The notes under the pieces: model-generated
Seen by the model: only the letters and a program-made list of their open reading frames with translations
The model's database searches: none
What the model was told of the DNA's origin: nothing
Position numbers and translations under genes: made by a program
Shown: in pieces, positions 46,780 through 57,800 of the stretch
Numbering within the stretch: position 1 is the stretch's first letter
How the letters are laid out: every line of letters starts with the position of its first letter
Assembly: GCA_049602735.1 (NCBI GenBank)
Contig: JBMYRW010000002.1
Coordinates: forward strand, 3,760-67,759
Direction of reading: 5' to 3'
Length of the DNA: 64,000 bases
DNA from: Thermoplasmatota archaeon
GTDB taxonomy: Archaea; Thermoplasmatota; E2; JACPAO01; JAHFTW01

Positions 46780-47163
46780 TTAAGCGGTTTGAGGGGCGAC
46801 CTGGCCGTTGGCGGCGTGGGCGAAGCGCGTCTTGCCTTCGGGGCAGACGGTCTGGTAGGAGCAGACCCAGTCTTCCAGGGCGCTGAGCACCGGGAAGAGG
46901 GCAAGGCCGCTCTCGGTGAGGGCGTAGTCGACGCGCGGCGGGGTCTCCTGGTACGCGGTCCGGCTCACGATGCCGGCCTCGTCAAGCTCCGAGAGGCGCT
47001 GGCTGAGGGTGACGGGGTTGACGCCGAGCTGCTTCTTGATGTCGTTGAAGCGCCGGGGGCTCTCCTGTCGCAGGGCCCAGATGATCGGCAGCGCGTAGCG
47101 GCGGCCCAGGAGTGTCATGGCGTCCGAGAAGGGGCAGCAGTCAGGGGCCGCGGGCGTCGCCAT
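46780..47163 (-). CDS. HxlR-family winged-helix transcriptional regulator
   Basis: CPFSDAMTLLGRRYALPIIWAL...FNDIKKQLGVNPVTLSQRLSELDEAGIV. Internal ATG chosen. Confidence 0.8.
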   Translation of the reverse strand: MATPAAPDCCPFSDAMTLLGRRYALPIIWALRQESPRRFNDIKKQLGVNPVTLSQRLSELDEAGIVSRTAYQETPPRVDYALTESGLALFPVLSALEDWVCSYQTVCPEGKTRFAHAANGQVAPQTA

Positions 47164-47208
47164 AGGTGGTGTGTGGCGCCGCTTCTTCTTAGTATAGTCG
47201 GTTAACCA

Positions 47209-47223
47209 GTACAAACCTTGTAC
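47209..47223. promoter_or_regulatory. Perfect palindrome GTACAA-N3-TTGTAC in the divergent HxlR/winged-helix-regulator promoter region (adjacent GGTTAACC palindrome and TATA-like 'ttagtatag')
   Basis: Read directly from the sequence, in an 88-bp AT-richer intergenic region between two divergently transcribed regulator genes. Confidence 0.4.
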
Positions 47224-47251
47224 CTTAAGAGTAAAGGAAGCTAACTGGACT

Positions 47252-47551
47252 GTGATGACAGCCGACTGCAACACCGTCCTCAAGCAGCTACCCGACGTCC
47301 CGGAGAGCACCCGCAAGGTGGTCTGCGAACTCGCCAGCCACCAACCCCTCACCGGCCTCGAACTCCGCGAAGCGACCGGACTCCCCCGCCGCACCGCCTA
47401 CGCCGCCATCAAGCGGCTCAAGGAACTCGGCGTCCTGAAGGAACGCCTCAGCTTCCGCGACAGCCGCCAGACCTACTACTGGCTCGACGAGGCCACCATC
47501 GCCCCGCAGGCCGCGGCTCCCGGCCCGGCCCCCCAGATCGTCGCCGCCTGA
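47252..47551 (+). CDS. Small winged-helix DNA-binding transcriptional regulator (TrmB/MarR-like)
   Basis: 99 aa. HTH 'LTGLELREATGLPRRTAYAAIKRLKELGVLKE'. Confidence 0.7.
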   Translation: MMTADCNTVLKQLPDVPESTRKVVCELASHQPLTGLELREATGLPRRTAYAAIKRLKELGVLKERLSFRDSRQTYYWLDEATIAPQAAAPGPAPQIVAA

Positions 47552-47558
47552 CCGGCCG

Positions 47559-48386
47559 CTAAGCGTCCCAGTGGACGCTGCGGCGCCAATCGACGCCCAC
47601 CGTACGAGCCCCCAGCTTCGGCACCAACGCCGCCTTGCGCTTGTGCTCACTGCCACGCACCAGGCCATCGATGCGCAGCACCTCCTCCAGAGGGATACCG
47701 GTACGCGCCGCGATCGTGGACGGCTGGGCGTTGAACTCGAAGCCCTTCAGGATGCGGTCCAGGTCATCGTACGACATCCCCAGCTCCTCCTCGTCCGTCT
47801 GCCCCGGCCACAGCCCCGCCGACGGAGGCTTCGTGATGAGCACCTCCGGCAGCCCCACGTGCTCCGCCAGCTCCCGCACCTGCGTCTTGTAGAGGTCCCC
47901 CAAGGGTTGCAGGTCGTTGCCGCCGTCGCCGAACTTCGTGAAGTAGCCGGTGAGCAGCTCCGACTTGTTGCCCGTGCCGCACACGAGCGCCCCCCGCCGC
48001 TGAGCCTCCGCGTAGAGCAACAGCATGCGACAACGGGCCTTCGCGTTGGCCCGCGCCGCGCCCTCCAAGGGGCCGCCGAGCGCTGCCTCCGCGCCTTCGA
48101 GCACCGGCGCGATCGACCGCTCCAACGCCTCGATCCCCAGATGCTCGGCCGTCAGCCTGCCATGGGCGGCGTCCTCCGGTTCGCTGCCGTCCGACGGCAT
48201 CAGCAGCCCAACAACACGGTCCGTCCCCAGCGCCCGCACGCACAGCGCCGCCGCGAGCGCCGAATCGAGGCCCCCGGAAAGGCCCAGGACGACGCCGTCA
48301 GCGCGCGCACGGCGCACGTGGTCGCGGATGAACGTCGTGACGATCGCCTCCCATTCTACGGGGCCGTCCAGGGCAGGCTGCTGCAC
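47559..48386 (-). CDS. nadE: NH3-dependent NAD+ synthetase
   Basis: PP-loop 'VLGLSGGLDSA', and 'CGTGNKSELLTGYFTKFGDGGNDLQPLGDLYKTQV'. Probable GTG start near 48386; the W/R-rich 5' extension was rejected. Confidence 0.85.
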   Translation of the reverse strand: MQQPALDGPVEWEAIVTTFIRDHVRRARADGVVLGLSGGLDSALAAALCVRALGTDRVVGLLMPSDGSEPEDAAHGRLTAEHLGIEALERSIAPVLEGAEAALGGPLEGAARANAKARCRMLLLYAEAQRRGALVCGTGNKSELLTGYFTKFGDGGNDLQPLGDLYKTQVRELAEHVGLPEVLITKPPSAGLWPGQTDEEELGMSYDDLDRILKGFEFNAQPSTIAARTGIPLEEVLRIDGLVRGSEHKRKAALVPKLGARTVGVDWRRSVHWDA

Positions 48387-48505
48387 GACGCGGCCAGCAG
48401 CGCCTCCGTCTTCTGCCTTCCGTGGCCCCCACGCGCAGGCGAACGGCTGCCGAAGCCGCACTCGGGTTGCCCGCGTTTTATGTACTAGTTGGTAAGGATA
48501 CGCCC

Positions 48506-49567
48506 ATGGCGCGCCCCATCCTGATCGCGGCCCTTCTGATCGCCAGTGTGCTACCCAGTGCGCATGCCGACACACCCAGCGGGACCGTCGTGGCCACCGG
48601 CCACATCGACACCTTCCATCTGTCCCACTCCGACGATCTCGTCGATTTCTTGATCTTCACGTCGCAATGGCGCAATGAATGGCCGGACGACCCGGACACG
48701 GACTATTCGTTCTGGGCGAACGTCACCGACGGCATGTGGCTCGAGACGCACACCCACCCCGAGCCGCTCTTGGAAGACCCGTACGCGGCCGCCCCGTACG
48801 ATGTCGACATCGAGCTGTGGGGTGAGATCACGTGGACGGACGGCTTCAGCGGCAACACGTACGTCAGCGAAGACTGGATCAAGAGCTGCGACACCACCCT
48901 GGGCGACGTCTTCGAATGCGAAGCCAGCCGCGCCAGCCACGGCGACCACACCGAGACCTACGACTACGAGATCACCCACGCCCTCGTGATCGCGCGCCTC
49001 GGCACCGACCTGGACGTCACGCTCCTTTCCGTGCCAGAACCGACGCCCACGCCACCCCCGGGCCTGGAGGAAGTCAACGAGACCTACGCGCTGGTCTACG
49101 ACGCGTTCTATGATGAAGCCGGGCCCATCGTCAACGAGACCGGCCTGTTCGACCCCGAACCCTCGGAGCCGGAACCCAAGACGCACAATGGGACCATGAC
49201 AGCCGCGGAAGTGGCCGCCTTTTCGCTCATCCGCCTCGCCACAGGCAACGACGCGCCGTCCTGCGATGCCCGTATCGACGACATCCAGCCCGGCACAGGC
49301 TTCAACCTGACGAGCGCGCTGGGAGATGAATTTGATGTCAAATTCATTGAATTCGACGGCTTCGGCCTATCACACGTCTGGCATTTCCATGGCGACGGCG
49401 ATGACTGGGGCAACGTCCCGGCCGACGCCCAATACGCGTGCATCCAGTTCGAAGACGACGGCATCGGCGACGGCCTCTTCGGAGTCTACTCTTACACCGA
49501 CGGCCTTCCCGCGCGCGCCTCCAACGACCACACGCCGATCGATGAATACAACGTGATCCACCTCTAG
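48506..49567 (+). CDS. Secreted acidic hypothetical protein
   Basis: Signal peptide MARPILIAALLIASVLPSAHADTPSG. D/E/T-rich mature region. Confidence 0.65.
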   Translation: MARPILIAALLIASVLPSAHADTPSGTVVATGHIDTFHLSHSDDLVDFLIFTSQWRNEWPDDPDTDYSFWANVTDGMWLETHTHPEPLLEDPYAAAPYDVDIELWGEITWTDGFSGNTYVSEDWIKSCDTTLGDVFECEASRASHGDHTETYDYEITHALVIARLGTDLDVTLLSVPEPTPTPPPGLEEVNETYALVYDAFYDEAGPIVNETGLFDPEPSEPEPKTHNGTMTAAEVAAFSLIRLATGNDAPSCDARIDDIQPGTGFNLTSALGDEFDVKFIEFDGFGLSHVWHFHGDGDDWGNVPADAQYACIQFEDDGIGDGLFGVYSYTDGLPARASNDHTPIDEYNVIHL

Positions 49568-49622
49568 GCCACCCGCGGCGCCTGCACGAAACAGCCAAGC
49601 GGGGCGGGCCGCTCGAACCGTC

Positions 49623-50417
49623 GTGAAGCTCGCCCTGTTCAGCGCCGCCGCCCGCCTGGGCGACGTGGAAGCCAACGTCGCCGCAGCAGCCGCCAGCGTC
49701 CAAGAGGCCGGCGCCGACGTGGCCGTCTTCCCCGAGCTCCACCTCACCGGCTACAACATCGGCGACGACGTCACCCGCCTCGCCTTCGCGGGCGAGGACG
49801 AGCGGCTCGAACCCCTGCGCTCCGCCGCCGCCGCGGCCCGTTGCGCCGTGGTCGCCGGTGCCCCCCGCACGCCCCGCCCCGGCATCACCCACAACAGCGC
49901 GGCCCTCATCGACGCCGACGGCAGCCTCTCCTGGTACGACAAGCGCTGCCTCGCCACGTTCACCACGTTCCGCGAAGGGCTCTTCTTCCAGCCCGGCGGC
50001 AGCAGTCCCGTCTGGGAGACCGCCCACGGCCGTATCGGCCTCAGCATCTGCTACGACCTCTACTTCCCCGAGTTCCAACGGCAGCAGGCGCTCGACGGCG
50101 CCGACCTCCTGCTCAACATCAGCGCCAGCCCGGCCACCACCCGGCGGTTCTTCCAGGCGATCCTGCCCGCCCGCGCCATCGAGAACGCCTCCTTCGCCGC
50201 CCAATGCAACGTCGTGGGCGCCCAGGACGGCGTCGTCTTCTGGGGCGGCAGCCACGCCATCGGCCCCCGCGGCGACCTCCTGGCCGCAGCCGAGCCGTTC
50301 CAGGACACCCTGACCCTCGTCGACATCGACTGGGACGACCTGGGCCCCGCCCGCGAGTTCCGTCCGACCCTCCGCGACGCCGCGGCCGCCGAGGCCGCAG
50401 CCCAATGGGCGGCCTGA
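49623..50417 (+). CDS. Carbon-nitrogen hydrolase (nitrilase superfamily)
   Basis: Catalytic E (VFPEL), K, and C (GLSICYDLYFPE) triad context. GTG start. Confidence 0.85.
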   Translation: MKLALFSAAARLGDVEANVAAAAASVQEAGADVAVFPELHLTGYNIGDDVTRLAFAGEDERLEPLRSAAAAARCAVVAGAPRTPRPGITHNSAALIDADGSLSWYDKRCLATFTTFREGLFFQPGGSSPVWETAHGRIGLSICYDLYFPEFQRQQALDGADLLLNISASPATTRRFFQAILPARAIENASFAAQCNVVGAQDGVVFWGGSHAIGPRGDLLAAAEPFQDTLTLVDIDWDDLGPAREFRPTLRDAAAAEAAAQWAA

Positions 50418-50419
50418 GG

Positions 50420-51106
50420 ATGCGCTGCGTCGCCCTGCTCTCAGGAGGCAAGGACTCTGTGGCGGCCATCGACGTCGCCCGCGGCCACGGCTGGGAGGTC
50501 CCCGTCGCCCTGTGCATCGTGCCCGCCGAGGACGACGCATGGATGTTCCACACACCCAACCTGGCCGTCGTGGACGCCGTCGCCCAAGCCCTGGACCTGG
50601 AGTTGGTCCGCGCGCCGTGCCGATCGGGCCCTGAAGAAGAGGTGGCCGACCTGGAAACCGCGCTCGCCCAGGTCAAGGAAGAGCACGATGTGGGCGCGGT
50701 CGTCTCCGGCGCCTTGGCCAGCGAATACCAACGCACCCGCATCGACGCCATCGGCCACCGCCTCGGCCTTGCGACCTTCGCGCCCCTGTGGCATGTCGAC
50801 CCGGACACCTACATGGACGGACTCGTGGCGGCCGGCTACGACATCCGCATCGCCCGCGCCGCCGCCGACGGACTCGACGAGACCTGGGCCGGCCGCCGGC
50901 TCGATGCCCAGGCACTCGCAGAGCTGCGGGCGAACCCGAGCCGGCCCCACATCGCCGGCGAAGGCGGCGAGTTCGAGACGCTGGTGCTGGACGGACCAGG
51001 CTACCAGAAGAGGATCGAAGTGGAAGAAGAAGAGGTGGAGGCGACCGCCAGCCGCTCCACGTGGCACGTCAAGCGGTGGCGGCTGTCTGCCGTCAGACGA
51101 TGTTGA
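50420..51106 (+). CDS. dph6: Diphthine-ammonia ligase (Dph6/MJ0570-like PP-loop ATPase)
   Basis: PP-loop 'ALLSGGKDS', and 'EGGEFETLVLDGP' C-terminal motif. GAGGA lies 5 nt before the ATG. Confidence 0.75.
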   Translation: MRCVALLSGGKDSVAAIDVARGHGWEVPVALCIVPAEDDAWMFHTPNLAVVDAVAQALDLELVRAPCRSGPEEEVADLETALAQVKEEHDVGAVVSGALASEYQRTRIDAIGHRLGLATFAPLWHVDPDTYMDGLVAAGYDIRIARAAADGLDETWAGRRLDAQALAELRANPSRPHIAGEGGEFETLVLDGPGYQKRIEVEEEEVEATASRSTWHVKRWRLSAVRRC

Positions 51107-52664
51107 TGGAGTAGACGTCGCTGTCGATCCCTTGGTTGCCTTCGAAGCTCACGGAGCCGCTGGCGCGGTACTTGCCGGCCAGCAGGGGAATCTCGGTGGG
51201 GACCTCAGCGACGCTCGGGAACACCTGCCAACAGCGGTTCAAGAACAGACGCGGCACCTCGAACTCGGCTTCGCCCAGGGCATCGGTCTGCTCGACGCTG
51301 CGCCAGCTGCGGCACGGCGTGTTCTCCAAGACGATGTTGACGGCGCCCGTGTTGCTCTGGTAGTCGACGTTCATGACGACATCCGCGTCCTCAATGGGGG
51401 TGCCGCTGAGGTACCGGACGTCCACGTCGATGACCGGCTGGCCGTAGAAGCGGTAGTAGCGCTGCGTCGCCTGGACGCGCACGTCCAGCTCATCCGTCAT
51501 GTCCACGCAGACGTCGTCGGTCGCCGTGAGGCCTTGACTGTCGTAGACGGTCAGCTCCAGGCATTGGGTGGCCAGGTCCGTGAACGAGCCGGTGTACGTG
51601 TCGGTCGTGCCGACGATGAGCCCCTCGTGGCGCCATTCATAGCTCGTGATGCCGCCGTCCTCCGGGTCGCTGCTGCCGCTGCCGTCGAAGGTCACGGATT
51701 CGCCGAGGTTGGCGAGCGTGTGGCTGGCGGAAGCCACCGCCGTGGGGGGCGTGTTGGCGTTGGGATCACTCGTACCGGCCTCGCAGCCACCCTCTGGGAC
51801 CGCTTCCAACACCATGTTGTCGAAGAACACAATGGAGTCGTACCACACGTCGTAGCGTTCATACAGGGAGAGCGTGAGCGTCTGGGGCACGCCGGGCTCG
51901 ACGGGGGTCTGGGCACGCAGGATCGGCGTGGCGTACCGGATGTGCTCGGGCGGCTGGTACCCGTACTCACCGTCCCTCCACGCCTGCTGGTTGCCCCAAG
52001 GCATGCCGGCCGTGGAGCCCAGCGCAGCAAAGCCGGTGGCATACTCGGAGATGGGATTGCCGTCGCCATCGACGGCGAAGTTGCCGGGCGCGTTCGTGCC
52101 TCCGAACTCCTCGAAGGAAAGCGGAGCCGGCCCCATTTGGGCGACGAAACCGTCCTCGAACCAGCGGCCATCAACGCCCTTGCGCCCGGGTTCTTCCTGG
52201 GTCACGAACTGGAAATCGAAGCGCAGGCAGTTGATGCCTGGCGCAGGCGTGAAATCGAAGGCGAGACGCGTCATGTCCTTGTCATCGACGGTCTCGTCAC
52301 CCTGCGTGGTGCCTCTGTACGAGCCGAGGAGCGACGGGAGCAGGATGTTCCCTAGCCCCCCGGTCGTCAACCAAGCAAAGCCCTCGCCGTGCAGGGGGAA
52401 CTCGCTGTACGGTCGCTCCGGGACGGCCGTCCCGTGCCCGTACCCCTGATAGCTCACGACGGCCGTCACCGAATCCAACGTCGTTGGATCGGCCGGCACG
52501 TGCTCCAACATGGAAGCCAGCGATGAGTCTCCGGACTGGAACGACGCTTGACCCAGCGGCGCCAAGGCAGCGGTCAGGAAAAGGACGGTGAGCGCCAAGG
52601 GCACGGCGCGGGCTCGAGCTTCCATGCTGGCCGCAGGCGACGTTTCTTTATTAACTAGGTACAA
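51093..52664 (-). CDS. Secreted protein with an N-terminal beta-sandwich (choice-of-anchor-like?) domain, a PKD domain and a C-terminal beta domain (paralog 1)
   Basis: Signal peptide. PKD signature 'VTFDGSGSSDPEDGGITSYEWRHEG'. About 70% identical over long stretches to 52721..54205. Confidence 0.8.
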   Translation of the reverse strand: MYLVNKETSPAASMEARARAVPLALTVLFLTAALAPLGQASFQSGDSSLASMLEHVPADPTTLDSVTAVVSYQGYGHGTAVPERPYSEFPLHGEGFAWLTTGGLGNILLPSLLGSYRGTTQGDETVDDKDMTRLAFDFTPAPGINCLRFDFQFVTQEEPGRKGVDGRWFEDGFVAQMGPAPLSFEEFGGTNAPGNFAVDGDGNPISEYATGFAALGSTAGMPWGNQQAWRDGEYGYQPPEHIRYATPILRAQTPVEPGVPQTLTLSLYERYDVWYDSIVFFDNMVLEAVPEGGCEAGTSDPNANTPPTAVASASHTLANLGESVTFDGSGSSDPEDGGITSYEWRHEGLIVGTTDTYTGSFTDLATQCLELTVYDSQGLTATDDVCVDMTDELDVRVQATQRYYRFYGQPVIDVDVRYLSGTPIEDADVVMNVDYQSNTGAVNIVLENTPCRSWRSVEQTDALGEAEFEVPRLFLNRCWQVFPSVAEVPTEIPLLAGKYRASGSVSFEGNQGIDSDVYSINIV

Positions 52665-52720
52665 CCAAAAGATGACGAACAGGAGAATGAAGGAAAAGGG
52701 ACGCCGTTCGGCGATCGTTG

Positions 52721-54205
52721 TTACAAGAGGGCGATGCCGTACCGGTCCGAGTCAGAGCCGCCGTTGCCGTCCTTGGCGACCGAGCCGACGGCGCGGTAGT
52801 CGCCGCCCGCGACCGGGAGCTGCGTCGGGACCTCGACGAGGCCGGGCAAGGCACCGAGGCAGCGCTCGACGACGAAGAACGGCACGTCGAACGAGGCGCG
52901 GCCGTTGCTGGCGGTGGTGCCGGAGGCGGACCAGTCGGGGCAAGGGGTCTGGCCGAGGATGCTGTTGACGGGCCCGATGTCGTTCGTGTAGGAGACGCTC
53001 AGGCCGACGGTGCCGCCGACCACGGGTTCACCGCTCTGGTAGAGCGCCTGCACGTGCACGCGCGGCTGCTGGTAGAACGCGTAGCTGTTGCGGCTGGCCC
53101 AGACGTCCACTTGCAGTTCGTCCGTGAGGTCCACGCAGACGGAGTCGACGCCGGTGGCTCCGAGGCTGTCGAAGACGGTGAGCTCCAGGCATTCCGTCGC
53201 CAGGTCGGCAAAGGAAGTGGCGTAGGTGGCCGCCGTGGAGACCAGGTTGCCGCCGTGGCGCCATTCATACGCAGAGACCGCGCCGTCCTCGGGGTCGCTG
53301 CTGGCGGTGCCGTCGAAGGTCACCGTCTCACCGAGGTTGGCCAGGGCATGGCTCGCCTGGGCCACGGCGGTCGGGGGTTCGTTGACGGCGATGACGCCAG
53401 GGTCGCAGCCCTCGGGGCCGGCGGCGCCGACGAACAGGTTGTCGATGAAGACCGTCGAGTCGTAGATGCTGTCGCCCTGGTCGAAGATCGACAGGAACAG
53501 GGTGTGGGCGCCCGGTCCCACGGGCGTCTGGGCACGCAGCAGGGCGCTGGCACCGTCATAGGAGGTGCCGGCGGCGTTGGCGGCGTTCATGGACGCGGCA
53601 CCGGCGGCGTTGATGCTGATCACGTCACCGTTCTCATCGAAGGCGAAGTTGTCCGGCGCCATGATGTCGCTGCCCATGGTCGTCCAGGTGGTGTCGTCCA
53701 GTTCGGCGATGAAGGCGTCATTGTAGTCCGTGCCCACCCATTCCGGGTATTCCTCCGAGAGGAAGCGGAAGTCGAAGCCGAGGCAGTCGCCGCCGACGGG
53801 CGTCGTGAAGCTGATGGCCAGGACGGTGACGTCCCAGTCCGTGTCGCCGCGGGCGTTGCCGCCGCCGAGTCCCACGCCGTCGCTGCCGGTGGTGCCGGTG
53901 GTGGCGAGCGCGGGGTCGCCGGTGGTCAAGATCGTGTACGTGTCGCCATCGACGGGGAAGCCGGCCAGGGGTTCGTCGCTGGTGGCATGGGGCATGCCGG
54001 ACGGCGGTAGCTCCAGGAACGTCGCGGCGGTCACGAGACCCAGTTGGGCCTCCATGGCGGCCACCAGGGCGTCAGGGTCAGCGGTCGGCGTCATGGCACC
54101 GTGGCCGGCAGGGGCCAACGCCAGGACGAGGGCGAGCGTCACGGAAACGGTCAGGGCGCGCCTCATGAGAATCAATCCACGCCGCTCGAAGTGGCGTCGA
54201 TTCAT
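52721..54205 (-). CDS. Secreted protein with an N-terminal beta-sandwich domain, a PKD domain and a C-terminal beta domain (paralog 2, tandem duplicate)
   Basis: Signal peptide. PKD signature 'VTFDGTASSDPEDGAVSAYEWRHGG'. Collinear similarity to paralog 1. Confidence 0.8.
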   Translation of the reverse strand: MNRRHFERRGLILMRRALTVSVTLALVLALAPAGHGAMTPTADPDALVAAMEAQLGLVTAATFLELPPSGMPHATSDEPLAGFPVDGDTYTILTTGDPALATTGTTGSDGVGLGGGNARGDTDWDVTVLAISFTTPVGGDCLGFDFRFLSEEYPEWVGTDYNDAFIAELDDTTWTTMGSDIMAPDNFAFDENGDVISINAAGAASMNAANAAGTSYDGASALLRAQTPVGPGAHTLFLSIFDQGDSIYDSTVFIDNLFVGAAGPEGCDPGVIAVNEPPTAVAQASHALANLGETVTFDGTASSDPEDGAVSAYEWRHGGNLVSTAATYATSFADLATECLELTVFDSLGATGVDSVCVDLTDELQVDVWASRNSYAFYQQPRVHVQALYQSGEPVVGGTVGLSVSYTNDIGPVNSILGQTPCPDWSASGTTASNGRASFDVPFFVVERCLGALPGLVEVPTQLPVAGGDYRAVGSVAKDGNGGSDSDRYGIALL

Positions 54206-54244
54206 GTAGCTTCGCCCTGTTGGAATTTCATCGACCCGGATTTT

Positions 54245-54688
54245 CTACAGATTACAGCGCAGATCGTGGACCTTGAAGCCCAGAGGCGCCAGGCGGGCCG
54301 CCACCAGGCTGCGATGGCAGGCGCCGGCGTCCGCTTCGAAGCAGACGAGGCAGACGCGTTCCTCCTGGGCGGTCCGCGCGAGGCCGGCCAGGGCCTCCGG
54401 CGCTCCGTCCAGCCGCGCCTCGAAGGCTGCAGCGAAGGTCTCCCACGACCCGCCGGCCTTGTACGGGTTGCGGATCTCCGGCGGTGCTCCCAGTCGCTTG
54501 CGGTTCTCGTAGGCGATGTCGGCGGCATCGAGATGCTCCGCCAGGACGTTCTTGCTGAACCCCTTCTTGCGGCTGAGTGGTCGCTCGCGGACATCGACGA
54601 CGCGTTGGATGCCGGCCGCCTGCAGCGTCGCCACGAACGCCGCCACGTCGGCCCCTTCGTAGCCCAGGGTCCAGATCGCCTTCTCCAC
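54245..54688 (-). CDS. DUF488-family protein
   Basis: Characteristic 'MEKAIWTLGYEG' N-terminus and the Cys/His cluster 'CLVCFEADAGACHR'. Confidence 0.85.
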   Translation of the reverse strand: MEKAIWTLGYEGADVAAFVATLQAAGIQRVVDVRERPLSRKKGFSKNVLAEHLDAADIAYENRKRLGAPPEIRNPYKAGGSWETFAAAFEARLDGAPEALAGLARTAQEERVCLVCFEADAGACHRSLVAARLAPLGFKVHDLRCNL

Positions 54689-54808
54689 GCGCAGCAGACG
54701 GCTGGCCGGGGCATGGGGATTGCGGCGCCCGCGCTTCCGATTCGTTCCAGCATTGAGCTAGATAGGTTGAAATGAGCATCCAGGGCTGACGACGCGGCTG
54801 GTCACTGT

Positions 54809-54829
54809 AGACGCACTGGTAACGCGTCT
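54809..54829. promoter_or_regulatory. Inverted repeat AGACGC-N9-GCGTCT in the divergent promoter region between the DUF488 gene and the giant surface-protein gene
   Basis: Read directly from the sequence, about 25-45 nt upstream of the 54855 start. Confidence 0.35.
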
Positions 54830-54854
54830 CCCTTGGCTCTACATACACTAGAGG

Positions 54855-57800
54855 TTGGTCTCGATGGCTGGAACATCCCTCCCCCTGCTCGCACGTCCCA
54901 AGACGCTCATTTCGCTGGTCCTGGTCCTTCTGATGGTGGCTCCCGCCTCCATCATCGGCGCCGTGAGCGCCCAAGAAGCGCCCGCCCCGGTCGAACCGAC
55001 GATCTCGGAGCTGCCCGACGCCGAACGCGAGGCGTTCGTCGACCTGTATCTCGACGTGTTCGTGAGGGGGGTCGTCCCCCTCAACGACACGCCCGGCGTG
55101 TACCCCGACTACACCGGCGAGCTACAACAAGAGCTCGCGGACGAGGTCCTGGAAGGCATGCGTGCCGACCCGACCTTCGCGCCCAACCTTGACCCCGTCA
55201 ACGCCGGCCCCGCGCTCGGCTTCTCCACCCCCGAAGACCCTCTGATCGACCGCGAGACCGGTGAACCCGTCACCCAGGACCGCGTCGACGACCTCTACCG
55301 CGCCTTCCTGCTCGGCCTCGTCTTCAACCGCGAGGTGTTCATCGACAACATCCAAGCGGTCGCCGAGGACACCATGTCCCCCGAGGACGCCGAGGCCCCC
55401 CCGGCCGACCCGGCCGGCACCAGTGAACAGGAGAACCCCATCCGCCGCGAGTTCTACGAAGAACCGCTGAAGCACTGGGGCAACACCGACCCCAACGCCA
55501 CCCAGCCGCCCTCCTTCGAAGGACTCGGCCCCGTGCTGCTCGAACAGCCCGGCATCCCCGAGGGCGTCACCTACAGCACCAACGTGGACGTCCCCGCGGC
55601 GCTCCGCGACCTCACGCCTGCCCAGGGACCAGCCACCCTGCCCATGGCGATGCCCACCGACCTCGTCCAGACCGTCGAACCCCCGCAGCTCACCGACCCC
55701 GAGCTGCTGGCCGAACCGTCCGACCTCGCCGCCGCCCTCCCGACCAGCCCCCTGGGCGCGGTGCCCGTGGACGCCTGGGACGACCCCAACTTCCAACTCC
55801 GTCTGCCCCCGCTCCTTGAGTTCCTGCGTGACCTTGCCAACCTCGCCACGCACGAGCTCTTCGAACTGATGGGCATCCTCGTCGACGACGCGGCCATCCC
55901 GGCCAAGATCAGCGGCAACCTGCAGCAGGTGGCCCCTGAGGTCTACGAGCACATCCTCGACCTCGATGTCACGGCGGCCGAGTTCGCCGGCAAGCTGGAG
56001 TCCCTCCTGCGCCCGGCCACCATCGTCGCCGACACCAATGCCCTGCCCGAAGACCTGGAAGCGCTGGTCGCCTCCCTCCTCGAACGGGCCAATGAACTGC
56101 AGTACGCCGGCACCGTCAACGGCGTCGACTTCGAAGGCACCTGGGGCATCCCGGAAGCCATCGACATCGACAGCGACGGCCTGGCCGACCTGCTCGTCCA
56201 GCTCACCCTCAGCCCGGCGGTCGTGCCCATCGAGGACGGCCTGCTGGAGATGCGCCCCCACCTCATCGTGGAGCGCACCAACGGCGTGTGGGCCCTCGAT
56301 GCCCTCGACGACCTGCCGGCCCTCCCGGGCGCACCCTTCCCGGTGCCCATGCCGGCCTCGACGCAATTGGCCGGCGCCCCGCTCACCGGCGAGCAGCTGC
56401 TCGTGGCCGGTGTGGCCACCAGCGTCCCCGCGCCTCTGCAACCGTTCCTCCCCAGCGGCAGTGCCTTCCCGTACGACATGACGGTGGCCTTCCCGCTGGC
56501 CGACACGGACGCCGTGGCGGTCTTCGACGCCCACTTCCCCGGCGGCGCTGACCACTTCGAAGCGATCCTCGAGGACCTTGGGCCCTCCGTGCAGATCGCC
56601 ACGACCGGGTCCCCGGGCGCCTTCGAGTTCCTGGCTTCCATCCTGCACGAGGGTGCCCCCGGTGGCGACACGTCCACCCTGTCCCTCGCCGGTGACCAGG
56701 CCCCCGAACTGCTGGGCGCTGCGGCCGCCATCAACGCCGCCGCCGGCACCAGCATGCTCGACCTGACGCCCCTGCTGCCCATGGACCTGGAGGTCGGGCT
56801 GCTGCGCGACGGCCCTGCCGGTCGCCTCGCCCTGGCCGCCAGCAGCCAAGAGATGCCCCCCACGACCATCGTGAACGAGGGCGCCGACCTCGCCATCGAG
56901 ACCGTCGAAGGGGCCAACCTCGCCATCGCGCGCCAGGACTTCCTCTCTGACGACACCTTCGACCACGCGGGCCTTGTCCTTGGCAACGCCGCTGCCCAGA
57001 TCGACGCCACGCTCACCGAAGCCGGCTTCGACATCGGCCTCGACGAACGCGGCGCCGACGTGCACGCCATCGCGGGCCTGGTCGACGACGGTGACTACGA
57101 GCACGCCACCTGGGCGTTCATCGAGAACGCCGGGTACGGCATCGCCATCGACACCTCCGCCGGTGGCCTCACCTTTGACAGTGACAGCCACGTGGACGAC
57201 CTGCGTGCCGTGCGCGCCAAGACGGCCGCTGCGGCCCTCATGGGCACCGTGAGCGGCTTCAAGGTCACCGACGAGCTGACCGCCTTCGGCATGCCCGGCG
57301 CCCAAGAAGCCAGCGTCGTCCCCCAGGACGGCGGCTTCGACATCCAGAGCCTCACCGACCGCGACGTGCCCTTCCTGCTGGACATCGAACAGACCACGGC
57401 CCGCGGCCTGGAGGCGGAGCGCTTCAGCTTCTCCAACCTGCCCGGCTCCCTGGCGGTGGATGTCCGCGACGGTAGCATCAACGTCGGTGGCAACTCCCCG
57501 ATCGACCTGGTGACCGGCCAGCTGTCCCGTCCCCTCGACGGCGCCGGCATGGACCCCACCAAGGGCTTCGTCGTCCTCGATGACCTCAACGGCCAGGCCT
57601 CCGTGGCCATGGACGAAGCCAACGTGAACGTCCAGGCCAGCGGCGACCTCGCCTCCGGTAACGTGCTCGCCTCCAACGTCATCGACGGCGTGGGCGACCC
57701 GCAGTTCATCGCCATCCCCGGCAACCACATGCTGGCCGACGTGGTCGGCACCGCCCGCCAGTACTCGGCCCAGGTGACCGGCATGGCCAGCCTCGGCGAA

